DNA from: Bacteroidaceae bacterium
Lineage (GTDB): Bacteria; Bacteroidota; Bacteroidia; Bacteroidales; Barnesiellaceae_A
DNA: 64,000 bases
Direction: 5' to 3'
NCBI GenBank assembly: GCA_017531985.1
Contig: JAFXJY010000013.1
Coordinates: 7,601 to 71,600, forward strand
Below are positions 32,101 through 40,000 of the stretch, piece by piece. Position numbers and translations under genes: made by a program. The notes under the pieces were generated by a model. The model had not been told where the DNA came from. It ran no database searches and saw only the letters and a list, made by a program, of their open reading frames with translations. Every line of letters starts with the position of its first letter. Position 1 is the first letter of the stretch.

Positions 32101-32371
32101 CTACGAAAGTTTAGCCATACAGATGGCCAACTTCTATATCCAATTGGGAGAAAAAGAGAAAGCCGCCGAGATATTAAATGCCGAACTCAATCGCAGCATT
32201 GAATACCTCGCATGGTACAGCACATTGACATCATCGCAACTTCGTTCTGTTGCCGACTACGAGATGCATTACTATGTATTGCAAGCCGGCTTGGATATTT
32301 TCCAAGAAAACGGCATGACAACCGAGGCCGAAAGAATATATGCTCAATGCCAAGCTAACGGCCTTATTTAA
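29168..32371 (+). CDS. DUF2723-family polytopic membrane glycosyltransferase (TMEM260/protein O-mannosyltransferase-like)
   Basis: 1067 aa. The N-terminus is ...[28 protein letters not shown], followed by about 10 or more TM helices and a C-terminal helical (TPR-like) domain. Confidence 0.75.
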   Translation: [1067 protein letters not shown]

Positions 32372-32415
32372 TAACCGATCACAATGCATTTAGGCATACC
32401 AAAGGGTATGCCTAA

Positions 32416-33048
32416 ATGTTTCTGCTACAAGATAGTTCTATGTTTATCGAGCAACCTCCATTCTTATACAGAATGTATTTCTCCGAGGCTTTGTGGCGTA
32501 TACCGCAAAGAGAGAAGACTGTATATCTCACATTCGATGACGGCCCCATTCCACAAGTCACACCTTGGGTATTGGATACCTTGGAACAATACAAGGTGCA
32601 TGGAACATTCTTCTGCACAGGAGACAATGTAGCACGCAACCCCAGATTGTTCGACGAACTGCGAGCCGCAGGACATCAAGTAGGCAATCACACTATGAGT
32701 CATGTACAAGGTATCAAGATGTCGACTCCCGACTATCTTCGCAACATCGAAAAAGCACACGACCTCATACAGAGTCCGTTGTTCCGTCCACCTCATGGCT
32801 TTATGAAGCCGAGTCAATTTGCCGCCATCAAAGAACACTTTACGACCGTTATGTGGGATGTAGTCACTCGCGATTACAGTCGCAATCTTAATGGCGAACA
32901 AGTATTTCACAACGTCCGACAATATACTCGCAACGGATCAATTATCGTATTTCACGACTCCATTAAAGCCAAACACAACTTGCAATACGCCCTACCACGA
33001 GCTATCGAGTGGTTACAAGAGAAAGGATACCGATTTGACACACTGTGA
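32416..33048 (+). CDS. Polysaccharide deacetylase (NodB homology) family protein
   Basis: It carries the YLTFDDGP, HGTFFCTG, GHQVGNHTMSH and RPPHG motifs. The start could instead be the ATG at 32440. Confidence 0.82.
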   Translation: MFLLQDSSMFIEQPPFLYRMYFSEALWRIPQREKTVYLTFDDGPIPQVTPWVLDTLEQYKVHGTFFCTGDNVARNPRLFDELRAAGHQVGNHTMSHVQGIKMSTPDYLRNIEKAHDLIQSPLFRPPHGFMKPSQFAAIKEHFTTVMWDVVTRDYSRNLNGEQVFHNVRQYTRNGSIIVFHDSIKAKHNLQYALPRAIEWLQEKGYRFDTL

Positions 33049-33967
33049 CATAGACAACCTCATTCATGACGAAGCCCTGCGATTGGGGTTCTCGGCCTGT
33101 GGATTTGCCTCGGTCGAGGATGTCGATGCAAGAGTTTATACCCACTGGCAACGCTGGATTGAGCAAGGCAAGCATGCCGACATGCAGTACATGGAACGCC
33201 ACTGCGACATTCGTCGCAACCCACAGGGTCTGCTTCCACAAGCACGCACCGTTATATCGGTAGCACTTAACTACTCTCCCCCCGAGATGCTACCTCGCGA
33301 ACATCCTCAATTTGCCCGCTATGCCTATGGGGAAGACTATCACACCATCATGCGGGACTTATTACAGCAGTTAGTTCAATTCATACAGTCGCTATCACCC
33401 TGCGACTGCCGCATCTGCTGCGACACAGCTCCCATCTTTGAGCGATATTGGGCTACAAAAGCCGGTATAGGCTTCATAGGTCGTAACAGCCAACTTATCA
33501 TACCACACCAAGGAAGCTACTTTTTTATAGGAGAAATACTGACAACACTCGCACTCACCCCATCAACACCCCTCAATATCAATTGCGGAAGTTGTCGTCG
33601 TTGCATCGATGCTTGTCCCATGAGTGCAATAGCCGATGATGGCTCGATAGATGCCCGTCGCTGCATCTCCTGTCAGACCATCGAAAATCGAGGTGAATTA
33701 CCGAAAACCGTCACCGAACAATTGGGACGACGCATATACGGTTGCGACACATGTCAAGAAGTGTGCCCACACAATCGTCATACACAACCTACCGCCATCA
33801 AACGCCTCTTTCCCCTTCCTCAACTCAAAGAACTATCCTACGACCGCTTGAAGAATCTCTCAAAAGAAGAGTTCGACACTATCTTTCGACACTCGGCTGT
33901 AAAAAGAGCCAAATATGCGGGACTCATGCGTAACTGGTCAGCCCTCAACCCCGAACTCTTTGAGTAA
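33035..33967 (+). CDS. queG: tRNA epoxyqueuosine(34) reductase
   Basis: It has the ferredoxin motif CGSCRRCIDACP, plus CISC and CDTCQEVCPHN. The N-terminus of homologues begins near ...LIHDEALRLGF. The track start at 32891 would overlap the deacetylase gene by 158 nt, so the in-frame TTG at 33035 is a more plausible start. The exact start is uncertain. Confidence 0.78.
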   Translation: MTHCDIDNLIHDEALRLGFSACGFASVEDVDARVYTHWQRWIEQGKHADMQYMERHCDIRRNPQGLLPQARTVISVALNYSPPEMLPREHPQFARYAYGEDYHTIMRDLLQQLVQFIQSLSPCDCRICCDTAPIFERYWATKAGIGFIGRNSQLIIPHQGSYFFIGEILTTLALTPSTPLNINCGSCRRCIDACPMSAIADDGSIDARRCISCQTIENRGELPKTVTEQLGRRIYGCDTCQEVCPHNRHTQPTAIKRLFPLPQLKELSYDRLKNLSKEEFDTIFRHSAVKRAKYAGLMRNWSALNPELFE

Positions 33968-34123
33968 TCTTTTCCACAATTCACCATCACCATACGAACA
34001 AAAGTTCACAGCAGATAGATAAAAACAGATAAAAAAGAGTTTTGATTCACATTTTCACCTCATTTCGATGGTTTATTCGCTTTAAATCATTAACTTCGCC
34101 CACTGAACTGATAAAATAACGAT

Positions 34124-34603
34124 ATGACATATAACTTTGGGATCACACTTGATGAGTTGTACCGTGCCGTAGGGCATGAAGTATATGAACAATGCATCGA
34201 AAACAAGGCATTGGCACGAATCGATGAACGCGGACTGTTTCCCGCACCTTATACCCTGCAAGACTATAAGACAGCAGGCAGGGCTCGCGGACAGAATTTT
34301 GCCTCATTACAATTGGCTTGTGAAATTATTGACGGCGAAGGCAATGTAGTATCGCGTGAAGGATTTGTTTCATTTGCCGAAATGAACGTAGAGATATGCG
34401 ATTTGTTGAACGAATTTCCCGAAGGACATTTTACCCACGTCGTTATACAGTTAGTAGCCTTTGTCAACATTTATCAAACAATGAAAGACAGCTACTACGA
34501 AGCTCGTGTAGTGTCAAACGTGATAGATATGCCCCTTGATGGAACAGCCAAACGCATCATGCGTATCGATACACAACGTCTGCTATATCCCCCCAAAAAG
34601 TAA
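34124..34603 (+). CDS. Hypothetical cytoplasmic protein, family not recognised
   Basis: 159-aa ORF with composition like its neighbours, followed by a strong terminator. It has no signal peptide or TM helix. Confidence 0.5.
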   Translation: MTYNFGITLDELYRAVGHEVYEQCIENKALARIDERGLFPAPYTLQDYKTAGRARGQNFASLQLACEIIDGEGNVVSREGFVSFAEMNVEICDLLNEFPEGHFTHVVIQLVAFVNIYQTMKDSYYEARVVSNVIDMPLDGTAKRIMRIDTQRLLYPPKK

Positions 34604-34666
34604 CCCAAACAGGACGGGAATCTACCCCTTTATCATTCTTATCTCTATATAAGTAACAAAATGAGG

Positions 34667-34695
34667 CTGTGCCAAAATTCTGAATTTTGGCACAG
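34667..34695. terminator. Bidirectional rho-independent terminator between convergent genes
   Basis: CTGTGCCAAAATT / AATTTTGGCACAG form a perfect 13-bp stem with a 3-nt loop and T-rich flanks. Confidence 0.8.
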
Positions 34696-34740
34696 TTTCT
34701 TTTATACTAAGCAGCCATTATCCCCTTACATCATCGACAT

Positions 34741-35589
34741 TTATTCAATATTCAAGCCATTTTCGCAGGCAATAAAACGAGCTACCCCATCTTCAATATT
34801 CGATGCAATAATATCGGTAGAATAATCTTTCAGCTCCTCCACAGCATTTTCAACAGCATAGGCACGCTGTGCGATGTCAAACATGGGTATATCATTAAGA
34901 TTATCACCAAATGCGACAATCTCACTTACATCCAGCTTAACAGCAAGTTGTTCTATGGCATCGGCCTTCGATGTTCCCGATGGGTATATTTCAAGATAAC
35001 CAAGCTCTGGCAAGAGGCTGTCGCGATACAAATAACTACAATGACCTTCAATACACGATATTGCATCGTATATTGCTTCCAGTCGCTCATACACATCCAT
35101 GAAAAAAATCAATATAGTCTCCTTGCGAGCCGATAAAGAGCCTCTAACCTCAACGTACCGCTTGTAGGGAGTACCCTTGCGTTGACTGATAAAAAACCGC
35201 TGACGATTACTAAGAGGACGACGATAAGCCACATGCAACAATCCGTTGTCAATATAATAGACCATGGGCGAGGAGCCTGTTTGGGAAATTACATCCATGA
35301 GGCAAGCCGAGACATCTATATCGAACGATGAAACCGACAAATATTTATCGCGAGCAATATCGTAAGTCAAAGCACCGGTCATCAATACCACAGGTAAGTT
35401 GAGTCGCACCTCGTTCATCAACTTGACAACAGTAGCAGGCGTTCGAGCCGTTGCTATGGTAAAACAGATACCATTATCGATAAGCCTATTGAGTGTACGA
35501 GCCGTCAAAGCCGATATCCGCGACTTCTCATTGAGCAATGTGCCATCCAAGTCACTTACATACAAGGTATTAAATTTCCTCTGCGACAT
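34741..35589 (-). CDS. Cof-type HAD-IIB family hydrolase
   Basis: The N-terminal motif is YVSDLDGTLL, TIATAR follows, and the C-terminal motif is AFGDNLNDIPMF. Confidence 0.85.
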   Translation of the reverse strand: MSQRKFNTLYVSDLDGTLLNEKSRISALTARTLNRLIDNGICFTIATARTPATVVKLMNEVRLNLPVVLMTGALTYDIARDKYLSVSSFDIDVSACLMDVISQTGSSPMVYYIDNGLLHVAYRRPLSNRQRFFISQRKGTPYKRYVEVRGSLSARKETILIFFMDVYERLEAIYDAISCIEGHCSYLYRDSLLPELGYLEIYPSGTSKADAIEQLAVKLDVSEIVAFGDNLNDIPMFDIAQRAYAVENAVEELKDYSTDIIASNIEDGVARFIACENGLNIE

Positions 35590-35598
35590 ATACTTAAA

Positions 35599-35868
35599 GG
35601 GAACTTCTATAAATTACACAGATTAATGATTCATTAGTTATCGGAAACAATCTTGGGGTTTGCTATAATTTATTATTGAATATCTGCAACACACAGCAAC
35701 ATGGACAAACAAGCCGTCTCCACTTGCCGGCACATTGTATATGATTTCTTCTTGGCATCTCAGGTCTCGACATCGATCACATAGCTCGCCGTGCTACCGC
35801 GGTTACACTCCAAAATCCGGGACACCCGAAAATCTACCTCTGTATGAAAGTAGTTCATAGAAATTCCC
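35599..35868. repeat. Intergenic element bounded by an inverted motif pair, with a conserved 55-nt module at its left end
   Basis: GGGAACTTCTATAAATT at 35599-35615 and CATAGAAATTCCC at 35856-35868. Bases 35599-35655 are about 85 percent identical to 58414-58470. Confidence 0.5.
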
Positions 35869-35874
35869 TTAAAC

Positions 35875-35899
35875 AAAAAGACCTGCTCTTGGCAGGCCT
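35875..35899 (-). terminator. Rho-independent terminator of the tRNA-Asn pair
   Basis: On the minus strand AGGCCTGC-CAAGA-GCAGGTCT (one G-U pair) is followed by TTTTT. Confidence 0.65.
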
Positions 35900-35904
35900 C
35901 TTCG

Positions 35905-35978
35905 CTCTTCAGGTTGGACTTGAACCAACGACCCTCTGATTAACAGTCAGATGCTCTAACCGACTGAGCTACTGAAGA
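35905..35978 (-). tRNA. tRNA-Asn (anticodon GTT), copy 1
   Basis: 74-nt cloverleaf on the minus strand: TCTTCAG acceptor, anticodon loop CTGTTAA and T loop TTCAAGT. Confidence 0.9.
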
Positions 35979-36000
35979 ATAAATACTATTAAGAAACTGG

Positions 36001-36074
36001 CTCTTCAGGTTGGACTTGAACCAACGACCCTCTGATTAACAGTCAGATGCTCTAACCGACTGAGCTACTGAAGA
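36001..36074 (-). tRNA. tRNA-Asn (anticodon GTT), copy 2
   Basis: Identical in sequence to copy 1 and separated from it by a 22-nt spacer. Confidence 0.9.
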
Positions 36075-36098
36075 AGATTTCTACCCCGAAAGGCGATG

Positions 36099-36106
36099 CA
36101 AAGGTA
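36099..36106 (-). promoter_or_regulatory. -7 promoter box (TACCTTTG on the minus strand) for the tRNA-Asn pair
   Basis: The plus strand reads CAAAGGTA, 25 nt upstream of the tRNA 5' end. Confidence 0.6.
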
Positions 36107-36440
36107 ATACCTTTTTATTTATTGTGCAATACTTTGGTATATTTTTTTTACTCACAAATGTAAAAAAGAGAAAAAAGAGGAAATAACTACTTGCAAGCAC
36201 CCCCGATAATAGAAGAAGCTCGCACAACCCCATTCAATACATAACACACTTATTGTCAATTATATAAACAATCATCATTGTCATTTTTTAGGCAATATTG
36301 CCTCTACCCATTACATAGCTTGCTGTACGCCTGCGGTCAGATATACCGACTTGATAGAAGTTCTCTAAAACAAATAACGTTAAATTATACCATATAACAT
36401 GATTATTATGTATCTTCGCACTAACTAATATATACATATA

Positions 36441-38084
36441 ATGAAACGTCTCGTCGCCTTACTTCTTGTCGGTGTTACAATACTTGCATACGCCAATGAC
36501 CGTAAAATGTTTGCATACTCACAAAGTATCGAAACTTTTTCAAGTATACTCAAAGAATTGAACATCCACTATGTCGACTCCATCGACATAGACAAAGCCA
36601 CCCACACAGGAATATCGGCCATGCTGGCACAACTGGATCCCTACACAATATATTTTAATGAACAGGAGGCTAAGCAATTTGAGGAACAAAGCAGTGGCGA
36701 ATATGCCGGAGTGGGTTGCACCATCATGCAGCGAGAAGATGGGGTGTATATATCGGAACCCTTTGAAAACACGCCTGCACAAGAGAGCAATATTCGTGCC
36801 GGAGATAAGATTGTCATGATTGACAACGATACCGTACTAAATATGAAAAGTGATGAAGTGAGCAATCGCATGCGAGGACTTCCCAACACATCGCTACGAA
36901 TGGTATTGCAACGTCAAGGCTGCGACTCTCTCATCAATGTAAACATTACTCGACGCATCATACAACGCAACCCGGTGGTTTACTACGGAACACTATGCGA
37001 TAGCATAGGCTACATTCTATTGGAGACTTTCTCACAACAAGCAGCCGATGAGGTGCGTAAAGCCTTTATATCACTTCGCGAGGAGCATAACATCACAGCT
37101 CTGATACTCGACCTCCGAGGTAATGGTGGCGGATTGGTACATGAAGCCATCGAGATTATCAGTATGTTTGTTCCTCGTGGCACTTCGGTACTGGAATTAC
37201 GCAGTAAAATTAAACAGGACAACTACACATATAAAACAGAGCACCAGCCCATCGACACCGATATTCCACTGGCCATTCTTACTGACGAATACACAGCCTC
37301 GGCATCCGAGGTCGTAGCAGGAGCATTACAAGACCTTGATAGAGCCATCATAGTCGGCGAACGCTCGTTCGGTAAAGGACTTGTACAGCAAATCTACCCT
37401 CTGCCCTACGACCGTAAGATTAAGGTAACAATATCATACTACTATATCCCCAGTGGTCGCTCCATCCAAGCCATTGACTACACAAGCCGCAATAATAACG
37501 GACGTGCCATTAGAATACCCGATTCTCTAACCAACGAATTTACAACCTTAGGAGGTCGCATTGTGCGTGACGGCGGAGGCATTACACCCGACATCACAAT
37601 TAAAGCCGACACGATGAGTAACTTGCATTATTACCTATTCACCGGTCATCACATCTTTGACTTTGCAACCCAATATGCCACCAAGCACGATACAATCGCT
37701 CCCGCACACGAATTTGTACTGACCGATGCCGACTACAATGATTTCAAAGAATTTATACAGAATCGAGATTTTAAGTACGATAAGATGAGCGGCAAGATTC
37801 TCGACGACCTCCGCAATGCCATGACATTCGAAGGCTACATGGATGAGACCAGTACCCAGCTCATCAACAACCTTTCGCAACTATTGGAGCATAACATCTA
37901 CCGAGACCTCGACACATTCCGTCGGGAAATAGAACGCTCTCTTACACAAGAGATTGTTCAACGATACTATTATCAACGAGGCAATGTCATTATAGGTCTC
38001 CGTAATGAGCCTGTTACGGACGCTGCCATCAAAATTCTACTCTCCCCACAAGCCTACCAAGAGATATTATCGCCTAAGAAATAG
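36441..38084 (+). CDS. S41-family carboxy-terminal processing peptidase with a PDZ domain
   Basis: Signal peptide, a PDZ-like region (GDKIVMIDND), LILDLRGNGGG, the catalytic Ser in TASASEVVAG and the Lys in SFGKGLVQ. Confidence 0.88.
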   Translation: MKRLVALLLVGVTILAYANDRKMFAYSQSIETFSSILKELNIHYVDSIDIDKATHTGISAMLAQLDPYTIYFNEQEAKQFEEQSSGEYAGVGCTIMQREDGVYISEPFENTPAQESNIRAGDKIVMIDNDTVLNMKSDEVSNRMRGLPNTSLRMVLQRQGCDSLINVNITRRIIQRNPVVYYGTLCDSIGYILLETFSQQAADEVRKAFISLREEHNITALILDLRGNGGGLVHEAIEIISMFVPRGTSVLELRSKIKQDNYTYKTEHQPIDTDIPLAILTDEYTASASEVVAGALQDLDRAIIVGERSFGKGLVQQIYPLPYDRKIKVTISYYYIPSGRSIQAIDYTSRNNNGRAIRIPDSLTNEFTTLGGRIVRDGGGITPDITIKADTMSNLHYYLFTGHHIFDFATQYATKHDTIAPAHEFVLTDADYNDFKEFIQNRDFKYDKMSGKILDDLRNAMTFEGYMDETSTQLINNLSQLLEHNIYRDLDTFRREIERSLTQEIVQRYYYQRGNVIIGLRNEPVTDAAIKILLSPQAYQEILSPKK

Positions 38085-38147
38085 AAGGACGTGCGTTTTT
38101 ATTGACATTTTCGTCCTAAAAAATTTGGCAGATAATAAATAAGTTTA

Positions 38148-38155
38148 TACATTTG
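38148..38155 (+). promoter_or_regulatory. -7 promoter box (TACATTTG) upstream of the PadR operon
   Basis: Matches TAnnTTTG, about 50 nt upstream of the ATG at 38207. Confidence 0.5.
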
Positions 38156-38206
38156 TATCGGCTACCGATATAACGCATGGCGATATAACGAAATACGATA
38201 TAGAAG

Positions 38207-38527
38207 ATGCAAGAAAACAACAACATAGCTTTGACCGAAGCAGTATATTACATACTCTTGTCAGTAATCAAGCCCAATCATGGTTATGGCATCATGCAAG
38301 TAACCGGAGAATTGACCCACGGTCGGTTAATAATATCGGCCGGCACACTATACGGTGCATTAAACACGCTACTGGAACGCGGATGGATCAAACTACTGAT
38401 AACAGCCGATAATAGTCGTCGCAAAGAGTATGTAATAACAGAAGAGGGTCGACAAATACTGCAAGCCGAGTTGAAACGTCTGCACGAATTAGTTGACAAT
38501 GGTCATAAAATTTTGGACAGCATTTAA
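38207..38527 (+). CDS. PadR-family transcriptional regulator
   Basis: 106-aa winged HTH with HGYGIMQ...SAGTLYGALNTLLERGWI. Confidence 0.85.
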   Translation: MQENNNIALTEAVYYILLSVIKPNHGYGIMQVTGELTHGRLIISAGTLYGALNTLLERGWIKLLITADNSRRKEYVITEEGRQILQAELKRLHELVDNGHKILDSI

Positions 38528-38564
38528 GTATAATACAAGTCACACATTACAAATAAAGAAGATT

Positions 38565-39143
38565 ATGAAAAAACATTGTTTTGGATTCTACACAATTGCC
38601 GACTACGAGCGAGAGCAGAAGTGGCTCAACGATATGAGTCGTGGAGGATGGAACATGGTAAATACATGCGGTATTATATACACCTTTGAGAAAGGCTCAC
38701 CGGGAGAGTACATCTACAAACTCGATCTCCCGGACGAAAGCATGACCGAAGGTGAAGTTGAGCAATATTACAAGTTTCTCGAAGAGTGTGGCATAGAAGT
38801 AGTGTGTCGCTATAAGTCATGGCGTTATCTGCGAAAGAAAGCATCGCAAGGAGCTTTTGAGACCCGAGACAACACCTTTGCACAACTCGTCATGGTCAAC
38901 AAAGCATATGGTTTGTCAATGAGGATAATCAACACCTTCTTGGTAATATTTTCCATTCTCATAATTATCACAGGAGCAGCTACTGCATTGTCGTATGGAC
39001 CTTTTGCACAATTTATGGAAGGCTTTATAACCGGAATTTCATCATCGGCTATAATCGCCATCACCCTTATCTTTGTTCCTATTACACGCAGGCTGAGAAT
39101 GCGGATGAATCAACTGATTGAAGAGATACGGATTAAGTACTAA
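38565..39143 (+). CDS. DUF2812-like membrane protein, the usual PadR partner
   Basis: The ATG at 38565 (MKKHCFGFYTIADYEREQKWLNDMSRGGW) avoids overlap with padR. It has two C-terminal TM helices. Confidence 0.65.
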   Translation: MKKHCFGFYTIADYEREQKWLNDMSRGGWNMVNTCGIIYTFEKGSPGEYIYKLDLPDESMTEGEVEQYYKFLEECGIEVVCRYKSWRYLRKKASQGAFETRDNTFAQLVMVNKAYGLSMRIINTFLVIFSILIIITGAATALSYGPFAQFMEGFITGISSSAIIAITLIFVPITRRLRMRMNQLIEEIRIKY

Positions 39144-39172
39144 GAAATTACCACTGCACAATAAAAAGTACT

Positions 39173-39207
39173 AATGGTTGCGAAATGTTTAATCTTTCGC
39201 AACCATT
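39173..39207. terminator. Bidirectional terminator between convergent genes
   Basis: AATGGTTGCGAAA / TTTCGCAACCATT form a perfect 13-bp stem with a 9-nt loop. Confidence 0.75.
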
Positions 39208-39239
39208 ATTCGACAAGCCGGTCATGAGTTATCAATCTC

Positions 39240-39881
39240 TTACAACATATACCCCAACGACACACCCAGTGTAAACGTGTTGTTACGAGTGGTCTGGTTG
39301 AGATACGAAGCCTGACGGGTTATGTCGGGCAGGAAAGAAAAGTTAACACCCAGACTTATATATTCAAAATCATATACCAGACCCAATTCGGTCTTGACAC
39401 CAAACATCACATCACGTTGAAAGAAAGGAACATCAGCAGAAGCATATTCCATGTTAAGATTATCACTCATACGGGCATTTAGCGGTATATCCAATTTCGG
39501 ACCGACGCCTATATAAGCATGAAATCGACCAAACGGCACTCTGGCACGGAATGTGGTATTGATGTGAAAATTATCACGACGCATGTGCCAGTCGAGAATA
39601 TCGGAATGAACGCCTTGTTCATTGGTTAAATAGATGTGATCAGTTCCACCGGTAGCCATATAACCTACCTGACTCGACAAATAAAAGTATTCATGTTCGA
39701 GCCAGTCAATACCCAAGAGTGCTGAAAATCCGGTATTGTTACCTGTAAACTGATGCAACGGAGTATCATCCTGCATTGATGAAAATGCAGCTCCCGCATC
39801 CAACTTAATCACCTGTGCCACAGTCGACATTACCGTCAACAACACACCTACAATTGATAATGATATTCGTTTCATACGCAT
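39240..39881 (-). CDS. Small outer-membrane beta-barrel protein
   Basis: Signal peptide, alternating hydrophobic beta-strand pattern and an aromatic-rich C-terminus (...LGVSLGYML). Confidence 0.6.
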   Translation of the reverse strand: MRMKRISLSIVGVLLTVMSTVAQVIKLDAGAAFSSMQDDTPLHQFTGNNTGFSALLGIDWLEHEYFYLSSQVGYMATGGTDHIYLTNEQGVHSDILDWHMRRDNFHINTTFRARVPFGRFHAYIGVGPKLDIPLNARMSDNLNMEYASADVPFFQRDVMFGVKTELGLVYDFEYISLGVNFSFLPDITRQASYLNQTTRNNTFTLGVSLGYML

Positions 39882-39891
39882 GTGTTTTTAG

Positions 39892-39909
39892 GAAACTTCT
39901 AAAAGTTTC
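39892..39909. repeat. 18-nt near-perfect palindrome related to the motif family
   Basis: GAAACTTCTAAAAGTTTC has one mismatch at the centre and lies 11 nt upstream of the start of the barrel gene. Confidence 0.5.
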
Positions 39910-40000
39910 ATAGTACATAGACTTTTTCGTTGCAGAAATACCCTTATGGATTCCTCAACTTTATAACGCTGCTTTTGAAAGAATATTATATCATTGGAAG

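Noticed and set aside
32891-33034. N-terminal extension of queG that overlaps the deacetylase gene by 158 nt.
   Set aside because: The extension has no QueG-like sequence. Homologues start near ...LIHDEALRLGF, and an in-frame TTG at 33035 gives a normal short overlap.
35599-35615. Resemblance of the GGGAACTTCTATA motif to the yeast FLP target (FRT) arm GAAGTTCCTATAC.
   Set aside because: The order of the half-words differs, there is no 8-bp spacer architecture and no recombinase gene is present. I treat the resemblance as coincidental.
35640-35855. A relatively GC-rich 200-bp interior of the 35599-35868 element, considered as an sRNA or SRP/6S-like gene.
   Set aside because: I found no conserved core of known housekeeping RNAs, only a near-miss promoter box (TAGATTTT) and no terminator of its own. 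It remains part of the repeat-element finding.
35594-35873. TTAAA on both sides of the 35599-35868 element, read as a target-site duplication of a MITE.
   Set aside because: Only this one copy shows matching flanks. The other six pairs do not, and TTAA(G/A)GGGAA seems to be part of the motif itself.
35905-36074. Possible CRISPR-like or tandem repeat array.
   Set aside because: There are only two copies, and both fold as complete tRNA-Asn cloverleaves.
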